From Eledone cirrhosa (Eukaryota), in NCBI GenBank assembly GCA_964016885.1, contig OZ024743.1:164672001-164736000 (forward strand): DNA of 64,000 nucleotides. The letters run 5' to 3'. Every line of letters starts with the position of its first letter. Within the stretch, counting starts at the first letter, position 1. A model generated the notes under the pieces. It was not told the origin of the DNA. It saw only the letters and a list, made by a program, of their open reading frames with translations, and searched no databases. The translations under genes and the position numbers were made by a program. Shown piece after piece: positions 1-11,711 of this stretch.

Positions 1-1306
1 CCTTACCATAAACTTAACCAAAACTTACATTACATACACTCACAATCCAATCACCCTAAATCTATCCTTAAAAACCTAGCATATAATATCTCACTCAGAA
101 TCTCTAACCTTTCATTTAACCAGGATGTATTCGATAAAAACGCGCCCTTTTATAACGAAGCTTTAGCTAGAAGCGGCCACAAAAAAAATTAGTCTATATA
201 CCTTGCACCAATAATACTTTAAACATACAACCCAATATTACCAACAAACACCAAATGAAAAACCCACACCTAAATGCCACTCATACTACACCCAAAAATA
301 CCAACCTAAAACGTAATTTCTCTACCTCTTCTCACATAAAATATAATGACTTTCAAAAAAACCATTCATCCTAATACTCCAATATATGTTAACAATATTA
401 CTAACAAAATTCCTGGTAATCAGACTAAAACACCTAAATCAGTTATTCTAACTAAACCTATATATAATAAATTCACTAATAGTAACTCTCTTAGTAAACA
501 TCCTGATACATCGTATAATTATAAAAAAAACAATATCGAAACCGTAATAGACGGGTTACTTGGTATAATGCTCCATTTAATCTACAAATTAAAGATAATA
601 TCCCTAAAAATATTTTTACTATCCTAGAGAAAAACTTCCCGCCAAACCATAAATACCATCAAATTTTAAATAGATCAACTGTCATTCCTACTCCACTACC
701 AAAAATATACAACAAAATATAAGTGCGTACAACGCATATAAATGTAAAAAAAAGCACAAATATACCACCAACACATCAAACCAACCATAATACTAAAATA
801 AACCGCAACAAACCACCATCTTCTTCACCTATAACAAGTCGAGTAAATTTGACTAACTCCCCTGATATAATATTCACGAATGGTTGTAACTGTAGAATCA
901 AAAGAAATTGCCCATTAAGGGAAATTGTCTTATTAATAACATAGTCTATAAATGTAAAATTAGCACTAAGGACTCCACTTATTCATATATAGGAGCTACA
1001 TCTAACCAATTTAAAGTAAGATTTAATACCCACAAACATAGTTTTAAAAATGCCGTATTAGCTAATACAAAATCCTTGGCTGAAACATTAATAATTATAG
1101 AAAGAAGAATATCGATTACAACCTGACCTGGAGTGTGTTCAAAAGGGCCAACCCTTATCAAAATAACAGATACGAGTGTAGGTTATGCTCCCAGGAACTT
1201 TTTGAAATCATGAAATCTAAGGATATCCTATTAAATAAGCGACAGGAATTAATTATATCTTGCAATCATAGAATTAGAAGAACCTTCAAATATTATAAAC
1301 CTAATT
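1..1306 (+). pseudogene. Degenerate Penelope-like element ORF (RT thumb to GIY-YIG endonuclease), family X
   Basis: Translation from base 1 gives PYHK..YIHSQSNHPKSILKN..ISLRISNLS..YNEALARSG, later GCNCRIKRNCPL / GNCLINNIVYKC..YIGATSNQFKVRFNTH and NKRQELIISCNHR. Colinear with the 8534-9733 ORF; frameshifted. Confidence 0.85.
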
Positions 1307-1729
1307 AATATACACCTTACACTTACATTTTACATATTATTATAATTATTTTTTTTTAAATTTAGTTAACCTATAATTAGTACTTTACTACAGAGAACTT
1401 CATAATTTAATTTCCTGTTATGAATCTAGATTGCTTGTAGTTTATATAAGATTGGTATTTCTCACTACTACCCTTATCCCAAAATTTTACTTTCCTTCGT
1501 TTTTAATAACATCTAGTTCTTATTTATCACATTCATATAAATTAATATAAATTTATCCCTATAAGTATACCTATCAATTAATTTAATTTCTTGTTATAGA
1601 TCTAGATTCCTTGTGGTTTAAATAAGATTGGTATTTCTCACTAATACTCTTACCCTAAAATTTTATTTTCCTTCGTTTTTAACATTATTCTTTAATAACA
1701 TCTTTAATAACATTCTTTAATAACATAAA

Positions 1730-1913
1730 GGCGGTGGATTGGCAGTATCGGTAGAGGGTCGGACGTCATGCTTTCCAGCATAGTTACGTCCCTTTACGAT
1801 CTGAGTTCAAATCCCGCCGAGGTTGACTTTGCCTTTCATCGTTACGGGGTCGATAAAATAAAGTACCAGTAATGCACTGGGTAATTGCTGGCCTTGTGCC
1901 TAAAGTAGAAACA
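1730..1913 (+). mobile_element. tRNA-derived SINE
   Basis: A-box-like TGGCAGTATCGG (1740), B-box GAGTTCAAATCC (1803), body GCCTTTCATC..GGGGTCGATAAAATAAAGTACCAG that recurs at 17291, 17895 and 54237(-). Flanked by repeated ATTATTCTTTAATAACA (TSD-like). Confidence 0.85.
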
Positions 1914-2167
1914 ATTATTCTTTAATAACATCAAATTTTCATGTACCCTTCACTGGCTTGACCACTTTTCATCTCCAAAATATTATTTTCATTCAAAGTG
2001 TTCTTTTCATTCAAGTCTGCACTCCTCTACCCCTAAATTAAATTTCTACTACCACTATTCTATCAACTTGACCTCTAACTACTTTTCTATTGCTCAATTC
2101 AAAACCTGTTCCCAAACAGACCTTTTATATTAAATCTTTGTTGTTTTTTTTCAATAAAAAAAATCTT

Positions 2168-2299
2168 ATCATTTCTGAAGACAGCATTTATATGTGAAGG
2201 TATGTATATTTCCTCTGATAATTTGTAATATTTTTACATAGATCCATATGATATACATACCAACACACATATACATCCTAGAAACGATCGTAAAATGAT
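2168..2299 (+). ncRNA. Type I hammerhead ribozyme with ~100-nt stem II
   Basis: Stem I AUCAUUU/AAAUGAU, core CUGAAGA...GAAA, palindromic stem III A-CGAUCG-U, cleavage after UA. Stem II includes GGUAUGUAUAU/AUAUACAUACC. Confidence 0.75.
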
Positions 2300-2348
2300 G
2301 AATTTTTAATATAAGGAACTTGTTCGTCAAATCCACTCCGAGCAAGAG

Positions 2349-2720
2349 CTTAGTCTACGACTTCTTTTATACCATAAACGTGGTTCTGTCTTTGCGTGTA
2401 ATTGTTTTTCACCGCTCCTATTAATGACGTAATATATTCGTTTTTTCCAGTTCTTTGCCAGTGAACGTTTCCACGAACCAAAGTATCGTCTTCCTGTCTT
2501 CCTCCGGTTGCAACGTTTTTTGAAATATCCACTTCTGCGTTTACGGATTGACTTTGTTAGTTTCAGAAGATCCCGTTAAGGGTGAAAGCAGCGATTCTTT
2601 GCTTAAACTTTAATCTGTTATTTTAATAAATATTTGCTCTACGGTTCTTATATATTTGATATATATTTATCCTTATCGAGCCCTCTTTGGATTTTAGTCT
2701 TCAAATTTATTATTATTACT
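2349..2720 (+). mobile_element. Solo 3' end (pseudo-LTR) of the PLE at 8368-11240
   Basis: Near-identical to about 10455-10825 and to 52155-52620(-); ends in a TA tract. Confidence 0.8.
2559..2609 (+). ncRNA. Hammerhead-like motif with U4A core (CAGAAGA)
   Basis: AGUUU/AAACU stem I, CAGAAGA, U-CCC-GUUAA-GGG-U stem II, GAAA, A-GCA/UGC-U stem III, UU site. Confidence 0.65.
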
Positions 2721-2915
2721 ATATGATATATATATATTTATATGATATATATAATATATATATATATATGATATATATAATATATATATGATATATATAT
2801 GATATATATATCATATATATATATATATATATCATATATATATTTATATATATCATATATATATATATCATAAATATATATCATATATATATAAATATAT
2901 ATATATTATATATAT

Positions 2916-3387
2916 CCAAAATTAAGATAAATTAAATTAAATTAAATCAAATTGAATTAAGGGTGTCATGTCAGATAGACATGCGCCATATCACCCGTAA
3001 AATATGCTCCAAGATTCAAATGAGTAGATCCGAGCATTTTATATCAACTAGAAATTGATTGACATATAATTAAACATATGAAACAATCACAGGGGATAAT
3101 TTGTAAAAGTGTGTAAGCACACATAGCTAGGTAGGTAACTAAAGTTTAGCTAGACCTTCAAAAATAGATACCTTATAATTTGATTAATCTTCCTCGTATA
3201 TATTCCATTAAAGAAATATATTTCACCAATTAATCGATTGTTAAACGGCAGTGGCCAGGTCCTGGATTTTCAACAAGGAAGAGGTCCAGCCATCTGTGTT
3301 TAAGCATCAAGTTCATATCAGCGATTGGCCAGTAACACGTGCTGTATCCACTGAAAATACACACATCATACCAGCTTCGTCCCAGTA
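2916..3387 (+). repeat. Non-coding repeat unit, family C (partial)
   Basis: Homologous to 14984-15440; begins at a TA tract. Confidence 0.75.
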
Positions 3388-5460
3388 GCTGGATGCTTTC
3401 CATTGTGCTACGTTCTAAATCAAACTTGCCCTAGTAGACCCATAAGAGGTAGACCCCCCCCCCACCACCACCACCATAACCTCAATGGCAAAAAAGACTC
3501 CCATGGGAAGGTGGATTGGGTGGACCAAAGCTATACGGACCCCCCAAAACAATAATCAGGTAAGAAAAATGGTCGCGCATGCAATAGGGGCTAGTATCAA
3601 AACTATCCTCAAGGGCCACATATTTAAGTTCAACGAGAAGATCTACACCCAAAATGAAAGAGCAGCCATTGGCGTCAGCATAGCTGGTGATGTTGCCAAC
3701 CTTTTCATGGTATGGTGGGAAAGCAGACTTAAAGATATCCTTAATGAGAGCTCCATAGACCTCATCATGTACTCTCGTTATGAAGACGATATCAATATAG
3801 TTATAAGAACATCCCCACTAGAGAGCACTAACAAGTTTGATTTAGAACGTAGCACAATCGAAAGCATCCAGCAGATAGCTAATTCCATACACCAGAGTAT
3901 AACTGTAACTATCGACTTCCCTTCCAAACACCCTAACAATAGACTACCTGTATTAGACACAGAACTCTGGATTAACACTATAGACGAGAGAGCCTAAATT
4001 CTCCACTCACACTATGCTAAACCCATGGCCTCCAAATACCTGATACTCAAAAACTCAGCAATGTCCAGTAGTGCTAAGTTTAATATTCTGATCGTAGATT
4101 TGGTACGAGTGATGAAGAATGTGTCCCGCACGTGCGACCCAACAGAAATGGAAAGACACATCCAACACTTCATCAACCGCATGCAGTTCTCTGGCTACAA
4201 CCAAAGAGACAGAGTCAGAGTATACGAAGGAGCCATGGAGAAGTATAAGACCCTCATAGAACTGGACATGAAAGGAATTTGCCCATTATACAGGAGAAAA
4301 TCATGGAATAGCTTAGATAGGGCTAAACATAAGATAGGGAAAGCCACCTCATGGTACGACAACCAGAGATACCAAAGTGTCATGTTTGTGGACGCTACCC
4401 CTGGAGGGAAATTAGCTAACCAGTGTAGAAAGGCCCTGAGAAAGACCCACTTAAAGATTAAGGTGGTAGAAAAGCCAGGAACCACCATAAAATCCCTGAT
4501 CAGCAAAGCCTACCCTTTTAAGAAAACCCACTGTACTAATAGGAAATGTATCATATGTAAGGTAAACCCCCGGATAAACTGTAAAACTAGAAACGTAGTC
4601 TATAGCATAAAATGTACAGAGGGTACTTGCAGAAACATGACAACAACATACATAGGCGAGACAGCTCGTAGCATAGGTGAAAGGATAGACCAACACTGGG
4701 GGGAACTAAAAGGACGAAAAAACGGGTCAGTACTATACGAACATGCCAGACAACAACACGACGGTAACATAGACAACATAGAAATTAGAATAATATCTAA
4801 ACATAGAAATGACCCAGCAGATAGGCAAATCAGAGAGGCCAGTGAAATAGAACTTAGAAGGCCAAGACTGAACAGAAAGAATGAATGGAATAACAACAAC
4901 ACCCAAACAAACAACACTGACCTAAGGGAAGTATAAATAAGTAAATAAAATAAATAAATAAATAAATACATACACAAGCACAATAACAACAAACACATAA
5001 ACACACATTAGTCACCCAATCACGAACACACCAAACAAAACACTATACACACACGCAAACGCATGCGCAAAGAAGACAAAATAAAATAAACAAACAAGCA
5101 AATAAATAAATAAAAATATAGACAGACTGAATAAAAATAGCGTAGCCATACAATTCAACAGGAGGAAACAATAGCACCACTGACGATGTTGTAGATGTGC
5201 AACGAAAGATTTATGATAAACTATATATATGTGTTGTGTCTATATTGTATCTGTATTATTTTTTACCGTCGGTCAGTCAATGGCAACATTGATGACCGAG
5301 TATATTAGATTACCGATATAAAAGACACAGAAGCGAAAACCAACCAAACAGTAAGTGTGTTCTGTTATTAATTCTGGCAATATTACACAAATATGACCCT
5401 CCCCAAGTATAACAATATTTGTTTCGACACACGATTTCATATAAAAAACCTCGCAAAACT
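3388..5460 (+). mobile_element. 5'-truncated PLE, family P1 (RT C-half, GIY-YIG, 3' UTR)
   Basis: ORFs 3485-3997 and 4025-4936 match 44654-47014 (YVDD mutated to YEDD, one stop). 3388-3428 is an inverted piece of 3831-3871. Confidence 0.92.
5176..5215 (+). ncRNA. Minimal hammerhead-like motif of P1 3' UTR (also 42702-42740+, 47283-47321+, 41000-41036-, 59252-59290-)
   Basis: CUGACGA-U-GUUG(C/U)A-GAUG-UGCAAC-GAAA; stems I and III are weak. Confidence 0.5.
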
Positions 5461-5477
5461 ATATATATATTATATAT

Positions 5478-5600
5478 AGAGTTATAAACTCAAATAGTCT
5501 TTACAATTAAATAGCTCAAAGAAAGGAATATTTCTGAGCCGTGTAATACAAATGAATATATGTATACTTGTATCAGTGTTTATCCCTAACATATACTCAT
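5478..5600 (+). repeat. Fragment of non-coding unit family E
   Basis: GAGTTATAAACTC..CAATTAAATAGCTCAAAG..TGAGCCGTG matches the reverse complement of 51385-51460. Confidence 0.65.
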
Positions 5601-5754
5601 TTGTATATATATATAGAGAGAGAGAGAGAGAAAATTGAGGTTGGTAATGGCACATGGAATATATAAGAGACAGAATACTTTTTTGTGACAAAACATATAA
5701 TTTTATAAGGTAAGGAAAGAATAAAGGGTATAAAAAATGACCGGTTTATATATA

Positions 5755-5975
5755 TATATCGTATACCTTCCTGCCAGATGATTGAACGTCTGAAAGTATA
5801 TACTCTCCTTATGCATATTAACGGCTGAGCAGTATGTATATATATATACATACGACTATATATACATACTACTGTACGTCTGTATACATATATGTATACG
5901 TACATACATACTTACATTTAAGTATCAGCCGTACTAAGAGTGAGAAATGAAATTTCGTTTCATTCTTTTCCATTT
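5755..5975 (-). repeat. Internally deleted copy of non-coding unit family A
   Basis: 5830-5975 is the reverse complement of the unit start at 28734 and 13620; 5758-5832 matches the unit interior in forward orientation. Confidence 0.75.
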
Positions 5976-6608
5976 ATATATATATATATACAAACATAAA
6001 TTATCGAGAATCGCATTTCGGCCCACGAAATAACGAAAATCAACCTCCGAGATGTGTGGCAAGTGCTCAATGATTCAGATGAACCAGAGCTATAACAAAC
6101 GTTAAAGGCCAAACACACTGAAACGATGGTTAAACAGTCATTCGCATAACCCCAAAAAACGATCAAGTAATTCGGGTATTGAAAATTTACCCGGACCCCT
6201 GGAAGGTTGGTAAAATCCAGTATTTGGGTTTCTGCGGCTCCTAAATCAAGTACTGTCCGCCTACATAAATAATGTTAAGCTTCTGGTAAGATGATTGAAC
6301 AAGGAAGCCACTTTTTCAACAGGTTTTAGTTCAATGTTAATACAAGGACCGACTATTGCTGCCCCCACGTGGGGATCGGCAAGGGAGGCAACCTATATAT
6401 CAGGCGAATGAATTCAGTTGTGTATATTTTTGCAAGAATGCAAAAACATCACAAATCGAATAGAGTTCTCAACAGAAGGGTTAAAAATAACAAACTATTC
6501 ATATATATATGATATATATATATATATATGATATATAAATATATATATATATATATACATATGGTATATTTATATATGATATATATATATTATATATATA
6601 TATATATA

Positions 6609-6940
6609 CTAGCAGAGGTACCCGGCGTTGCTCGGGTATTAAATAGCAGTTGTGTATACCATTTATGTCAATACTTCAGTGCTGCTTCGAAAACTATACT
6701 TTTACAAAATCATCGGCTTTTTCCAAAAGGGGGTTCCTGCCCCCAGGGGTCCCCTACTCAATATGCCAATTGTGAGAGTTCACATTCATCTGTAGGACAA
6801 ACGTAGCCCATGTGTCAAGTTTCGTGAAAATCGGTTGCAAACTCCAGAAGTTATGACGTTTTGTTGAATTGCACTGCAGTGCTTCAGTCGACTCCAAGAA
6901 AGTGGTTAAAGGGGCTATCTGCCGGGAGGCCCAATAATCA
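6609..6940 (-). mobile_element. Non-autonomous Helitron-like 3' end
   Basis: Minus strand reads CCCGAGCAACGCCGGG hairpin then CTAG|T, as at 36047-36075. Inner boundary uncertain; 6894-6941 is shared with 54566-54618(-). Confidence 0.6.
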
Positions 6941-7150
6941 ATACCAGTCGCTCTCTGACAGGTTTGCGGTCGTACTCCTGGTAGTGGAAACTTCTGGTGT
7001 CCTAGGCACCAGGGCTATCTCCTTACTCACCACCATAAGCGCCGAGCTGGCCAGCCGCAGGTGTGAGCCCCGCGAGTTGGAGTGGCTTTTCCAGCGCGTG
7101 TCCCTTGCCGTCCTCCGGTGAAACGCCTTCTCCATTCTGTCCGCCGGGGC
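6941..7150 (+). pseudogene. C-terminal restriction-like endonuclease fragment of a CRE-type non-LTR retrotransposon
   Basis: YQSL..F..L.VETSGVLG..A..LL..I...LA......E..WLFQRVSLAVLR*NA.SIL resembles the conserved C-terminus of CRE-clade ORFs. Confidence 0.65.
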
Positions 7151-7199
7151 TGTGGGTGAGCCCCATCACATACCGTTGTAGTTGTTGTATACAGATATT

Positions 7200-7572
7200 A
7201 ACTCATCAATCTCATTATTTATAACATATGTGAACATAGAGATGAGCGTCGTATGTATGTTTATTTCAAAAGGATAACCTCCTTCAAATTCGGTCAACAC
7301 ACAAGCAGGTAATACATATATCAAAAGGCAACCTTCTTAGAGAGACAGAGAGTGAAAGACACAGATTAGGAAAACTACACACACACATCTAAAGAGAGAG
7401 AGGAGATAGGAGAGAGAGAGAGAGGGAAACAGAGGGACGGGCAAACAGGTAATACATACATCTAAAATCATTTGGATACAAATATATCATAATATAATGG
7501 TTGCAGAACGAAAATACTGACAAATATAATAATGTATGTATCCCACACACCTTTTATGTCGTCGCTCGTATA

Positions 7573-7650
<78 letters not shown>

Positions 7651-7905
7651 ATACACACACACAAATACACATACTTTCACACCTGATTTCACCAACTGCC
7701 GGATAACATCAAAACAAAACACACAGACACACACATGCACATACACAACACATACACAAACACACCCACACATATCTATACTTTATATGTATGTATGTAT
7801 GTAACATCATTCCCCCTGTATAATTTAACTGCTTTACTCTCTCTGTCGCTCTTCACTCTCTATATGACAACACTGTTTTCGTTTCCGTATCTCCCTTCAA
7901 TATAT

Positions 7906-7954
<49 letters not shown>

Positions 7955-8209
7955 TTAGGAAAACTACACACACACATCTACAGAGAGAGACAGAAAAACA
8001 GAGGGAGGGGAGGAGAGAGAGATAGGCCGTTAGACAGAGAGAGATACAATTAAAGTGTTAGTTATTCAGAGAGAAAGAGAGAGGGAGAGAGAGAGAGAGA
8101 GAGAGAGAGTCGGAAGGACAATGTAACACGGGAGGGTGTGTGGTATCTTTGCAGTGGAGTGGTGGGGGCAGGTATACATAGTAGACCGCCAGCCAGACGG
8201 GCCAGCTAG
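7200..8209 (+). mobile_element. Helitron-like segment ending in a GC hairpin plus CTAG
   Basis: CCGCCAGCCAGACGGGCCAGCTAG|T at 8186-8210; interior rich in (CA)n/(GA)n; 5' end not identified. Confidence 0.4.
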
Positions 8210-8533
8210 TATATATATATCATATATATAAATATATCATATATATATATATCATATATATATATATCATACATATATATATATGATATATATATATATG
8301 ATATATATATCATATATATATATATATGATATATATATGTTATATATATATGATATATATATATATATGATCCTCCATCACTTTACCACTTCTCCTTAGA
8401 GCTATCAATTTCGCTAAAACACTCACAGTGGTTAAGGATTTCGAAGTTGATGTCATCCTCAATGCCCGAAAGTCGGTGATTAATTTCGACGACTCTATTT
8501 GGATTAAAAAATCCAATAGTACCCCCATTCGAC

Positions 8534-9733
8534 GTGAGTATGGGCGCCAGTGATTCTGCGGAGGTTACTGATCTTATCGGCTTTATCCTTCTTTTCTCTA
8601 TCAAGGACGAATTCCCCAACGCGGGCGGTTGTTTGTACGGTGACGATGGTCTTTTGACCATGACTAAGTGCGGACCTCGTGCTTGCGACAGGTTCAGAAA
8701 AGAACTCACAGCCTTCTTTAAAGGCTCCAACCTCTCTATACAGGTTGAGGCCAATCTCTCGGTCGTTAATTACCTCGACGTTACCCTCAATTTATTGAAT
8801 GGGTTGTATTACCTGTATAGAAAGCCGAATGATACGCTTAATTACATAAGTAAGCATTCCAACCATCCTGCCAGCATAACCAAGAACCTGGTAAGAAACG
8901 TTTCGTTGAGGCTTTCCCGTCTTTCCACCAACGAGCGTATTTTCAACGACCATTCCACTTATTACAATGAAGCTCTTGCTCGAAGTGGATTTGTCGATAA
9001 GGTAGCATATACAGAGTACGAAAATAGACCTAGAAGAAATAGATCCCGTCGCATTTGTTGGTATAACCCACCATATAATATGGAGGTGACCACACCATTA
9101 GCTAAGATCTTTCTTTCCCTTATTACGAAGCATTTTCCCCCTACACATAAATATAGTAAAATTTTTAATAGAAATACTATTAAAATTTCTTACTCTACGA
9201 CTCCTAACCTTGCACATAACATCACAGCTTCAAATTTAGCTAAACTACCTAGCCCTAGGAACACGTGCATCCCTGTAGTTAGTACTAACTGTAATTGTAG
9301 GAATCGGGTTGATTGCCCCCTATCCGGGAAATGCCTCTCTAGTAACATTGTCTACAAATGTAAGGTTGTAACACCCACGTCCCGTAGGGCCTACATAGGG
9401 TTAACCGCCAATAGATTCAAGCAGCGTCTTTACATGCATACTCATCATTCTTTTCGTTACCCTCTAAGAAGGAATATGACGTCACTTTCAGCTTATATCT
9501 GGAGTCTAAAAGACAACCACACCCAATATAAGTTACACTGGGAGATCCTAGCAAGGGCTAGATCGTATAACGGAAATAAAAGACCATGTGACCTCCGCGC
9601 CGCTGAGGCCCTGGAAATACTCTACGCCACAGACCACATCTTAAACAAAAAATCTGAGGCAATTTCGGTTTGTAAACATAAATTGCACAAAACTTTCCTG
9701 TATTACAGCCCCACGTTATACCCTAACGGATAG
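8534..9733 (+). pseudogene. PLE RT C-half plus GIY-YIG endonuclease (5'-truncated open frame)
   Basis: MGA.DSAEV.DL.G, LYGDDGL (RT catalytic), YLDVTL, SNHP, CNCR..CPL.GKC, IVYKC..YIGLT. Confidence 0.9.
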
Positions 9734-10663
9734 TACGATTTATACGTGGATATTTTACGTCTTGATGTGGGAGCTAAGTATGTTTTGTTTATACCATTAC
9801 TTATTTGCATAGGTAAGTATATATTACCCGTATGTTTTGTGAAGGTACGTATCCTTCTCGTACGTATATTTGATTGTTTATGTTATGGCGTATAATTTTA
9901 TATATTCTGGTACATTGGTTTGGCTATGTGTATACGGGAGTTTTGCGTCTGTGTGAGTATGCAGGTTCGTACGTATGTAGGGTGTGTGTATATGTGTACT
10001 TCATGTTTTGATTTACTTACGTCTCCGAACATTCATGTATTTACATGTAGGTATGTGTGTGCGCTTGTTATATACGTATTTATTTATTTATATACGTTTA
10101 TATAATTATTTATTTATTTGTATACACGCATACACACACATATTTATATGTGCGTGGTTTTGTATACCGATGGTAAGTGTTCTGCGTATGCTTGTGTATG
10201 TACGTATTTGTTTGCGTGTATGTATTTATTTATTTCTATTACTTCTGTATCGTATTTATTTACTTTGTTCTTAACTCTGTAGCGGAGATTCATTCGGTCT
10301 CCTACTTAGAATTTTAGGCTACGACTTCTGCTATACCATTTACGTGGTTTTGTCTTTGCGTGCTATTGTTCTCCACACTCCACATATGACGTATTATCTT
10401 CGTTTTTTTTCGTTCATTGCCAGAGAACGTCTCTATGAACCACCTAAGAGAACATTAGTCTACGACCTCTTTTATACCATAAATGTGGTTCTGTCTTTGC
10501 GCGTAATTGTTTTTCACCGCTCCTATTAATGACGTATTATATTCGTTTTTTCCCGTTCTTTGCCAGGGAACGTCACCACGAACCAAAGTATCGTCTTCCT
10601 GTCTTCCTCCGGTTGCAACGTTTTTTTAAATACCCACTTCTGCGTATACAGATTGACTTTGTT

Positions 10664-10714
10664 AGTTTCAGAAGATCCCGTTAAGGGTGAAAGCAGCGAT
10701 TCTTTGCTTAAACT
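10664..10714 (+). ncRNA. Hammerhead-like motif with CAGAAGA core (copy 2)
   Basis: Same sequence and fold as 2559-2609. Confidence 0.65.
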
Positions 10715-11240
10715 TTAATCTGTTATTTTAATAAATATTTGCTCTACGGTTCTTATATATTTGATATATATTTATCCTTATCGAGCCCTCTTTGGATTTT
10801 AGTCTTCAAATTTATTACTATTACTATTTGGCTCCCTCGGTTGAGCACTCTACTGACTTATATTCATCATGCAGAAACAACATCTGAATATTTCTACAAA
10901 GAACATACCCGTACCAAGCAGGAAAACATATCTAAAACTCCTGATACAGAAAACAGACGCGTTCATTAAAAGGTTGCGTTGGCGTGCCTTTTATTTCGAT
11001 AATCCGCGAAAAGCAGACAACAAACAGGATAAATTTGGATTTAAAACCTATAATAACCCCCGTGTAACCCAGCATTACTACCCTTCGAAAATGATGTCTT
11101 GGAACTCATTCGGAGTATCAAATTTCGGAATAAGAGCAGTTCCTTCCAGCAAGACCTGAAGTATAGAATTCGTTCTATTAAGGATTCTAATGCCGTGCGA
11201 GCCCTCTTTGGATTTTAGTCTTCAAATTTATTATTATTAC

Positions 11241-11375
11241 TATATATATATATATATATATATATGATATATATATATATGTATATATATATCATATATA
11301 TATATATATATATCATATATATATGATATATATACTGTATATATCATATATACATATATATGATATACATATATA

Positions 11376-11423
<48 letters not shown>

Positions 11424-11455
11424 TATATATATATATCATATATATATATATTTAT

Positions 11456-11510
<55 letters not shown>

Positions 11511-11559
11511 TATATATATATATATCATATATATATATATATATCATATATATATATAT

Positions 11560-11604
<45 letters not shown>
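11241..11604. repeat. (TA)n microsatellite, representative of dozens of TA/TG/GA tracts (e.g. 2720-2915, 16280-16468, 32612-32798, 38060-38470, 40280-40727, 43980-44246, 49990-50460, 57100-57655)
   Basis: Directly visible. Confidence 0.98.
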
Positions 11605-11607
<3 letters not shown>

Positions 11608-11617
11608 AACCAGTAAG

Positions 11618-11711
11618 ACCCCGACAGCTGAGCTCAAGCCGTTTCGACGGCTAATTCTGGACTAAATGAAAATTTATCCTGGTATTTAAATAGCCGATCT
11701 TCTCAAGGGGT
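11618..11711 (-). ncRNA. Hammerhead ribozyme, U3-A8 variant (inverted copy)
   Basis: Reverse complement of 13401-13494. Confidence 0.75.

Larger units (their letters stand above)
8368..11240 (+). mobile_element. PLE family X: RT-EN 3' half, 3' UTR with HHR, then the ORF 5' end (tandem/permuted)
   Basis: Flanked by TA tracts. 10869-11195 encodes an N-terminal-type segment (STKNIPVP..Y.K.LI.K..FIKRLRWRA.YF). The terminal CGAGCCCTCTTTGG... sequence repeats at 10782 and 11198. Confidence 0.85.

Noticed and set aside
6345-6420. Possible HDV-like ribozyme (CCCCCACGTGGGG...GGCGAATG)
   Set aside because: I could not build consistent P1/P2 pairings by eye.
6470-6486. AAGGGTTAA piggyBac-like terminus
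   Set aside because: No matching left end or transposase in the window; too short to support.
11323-11665. YI/VC/TH-repeat ORFs here and at 38056, 40221, 49952, 57145 and elsewhere
   Set aside because: Stop-free translations of dinucleotide microsatellites.
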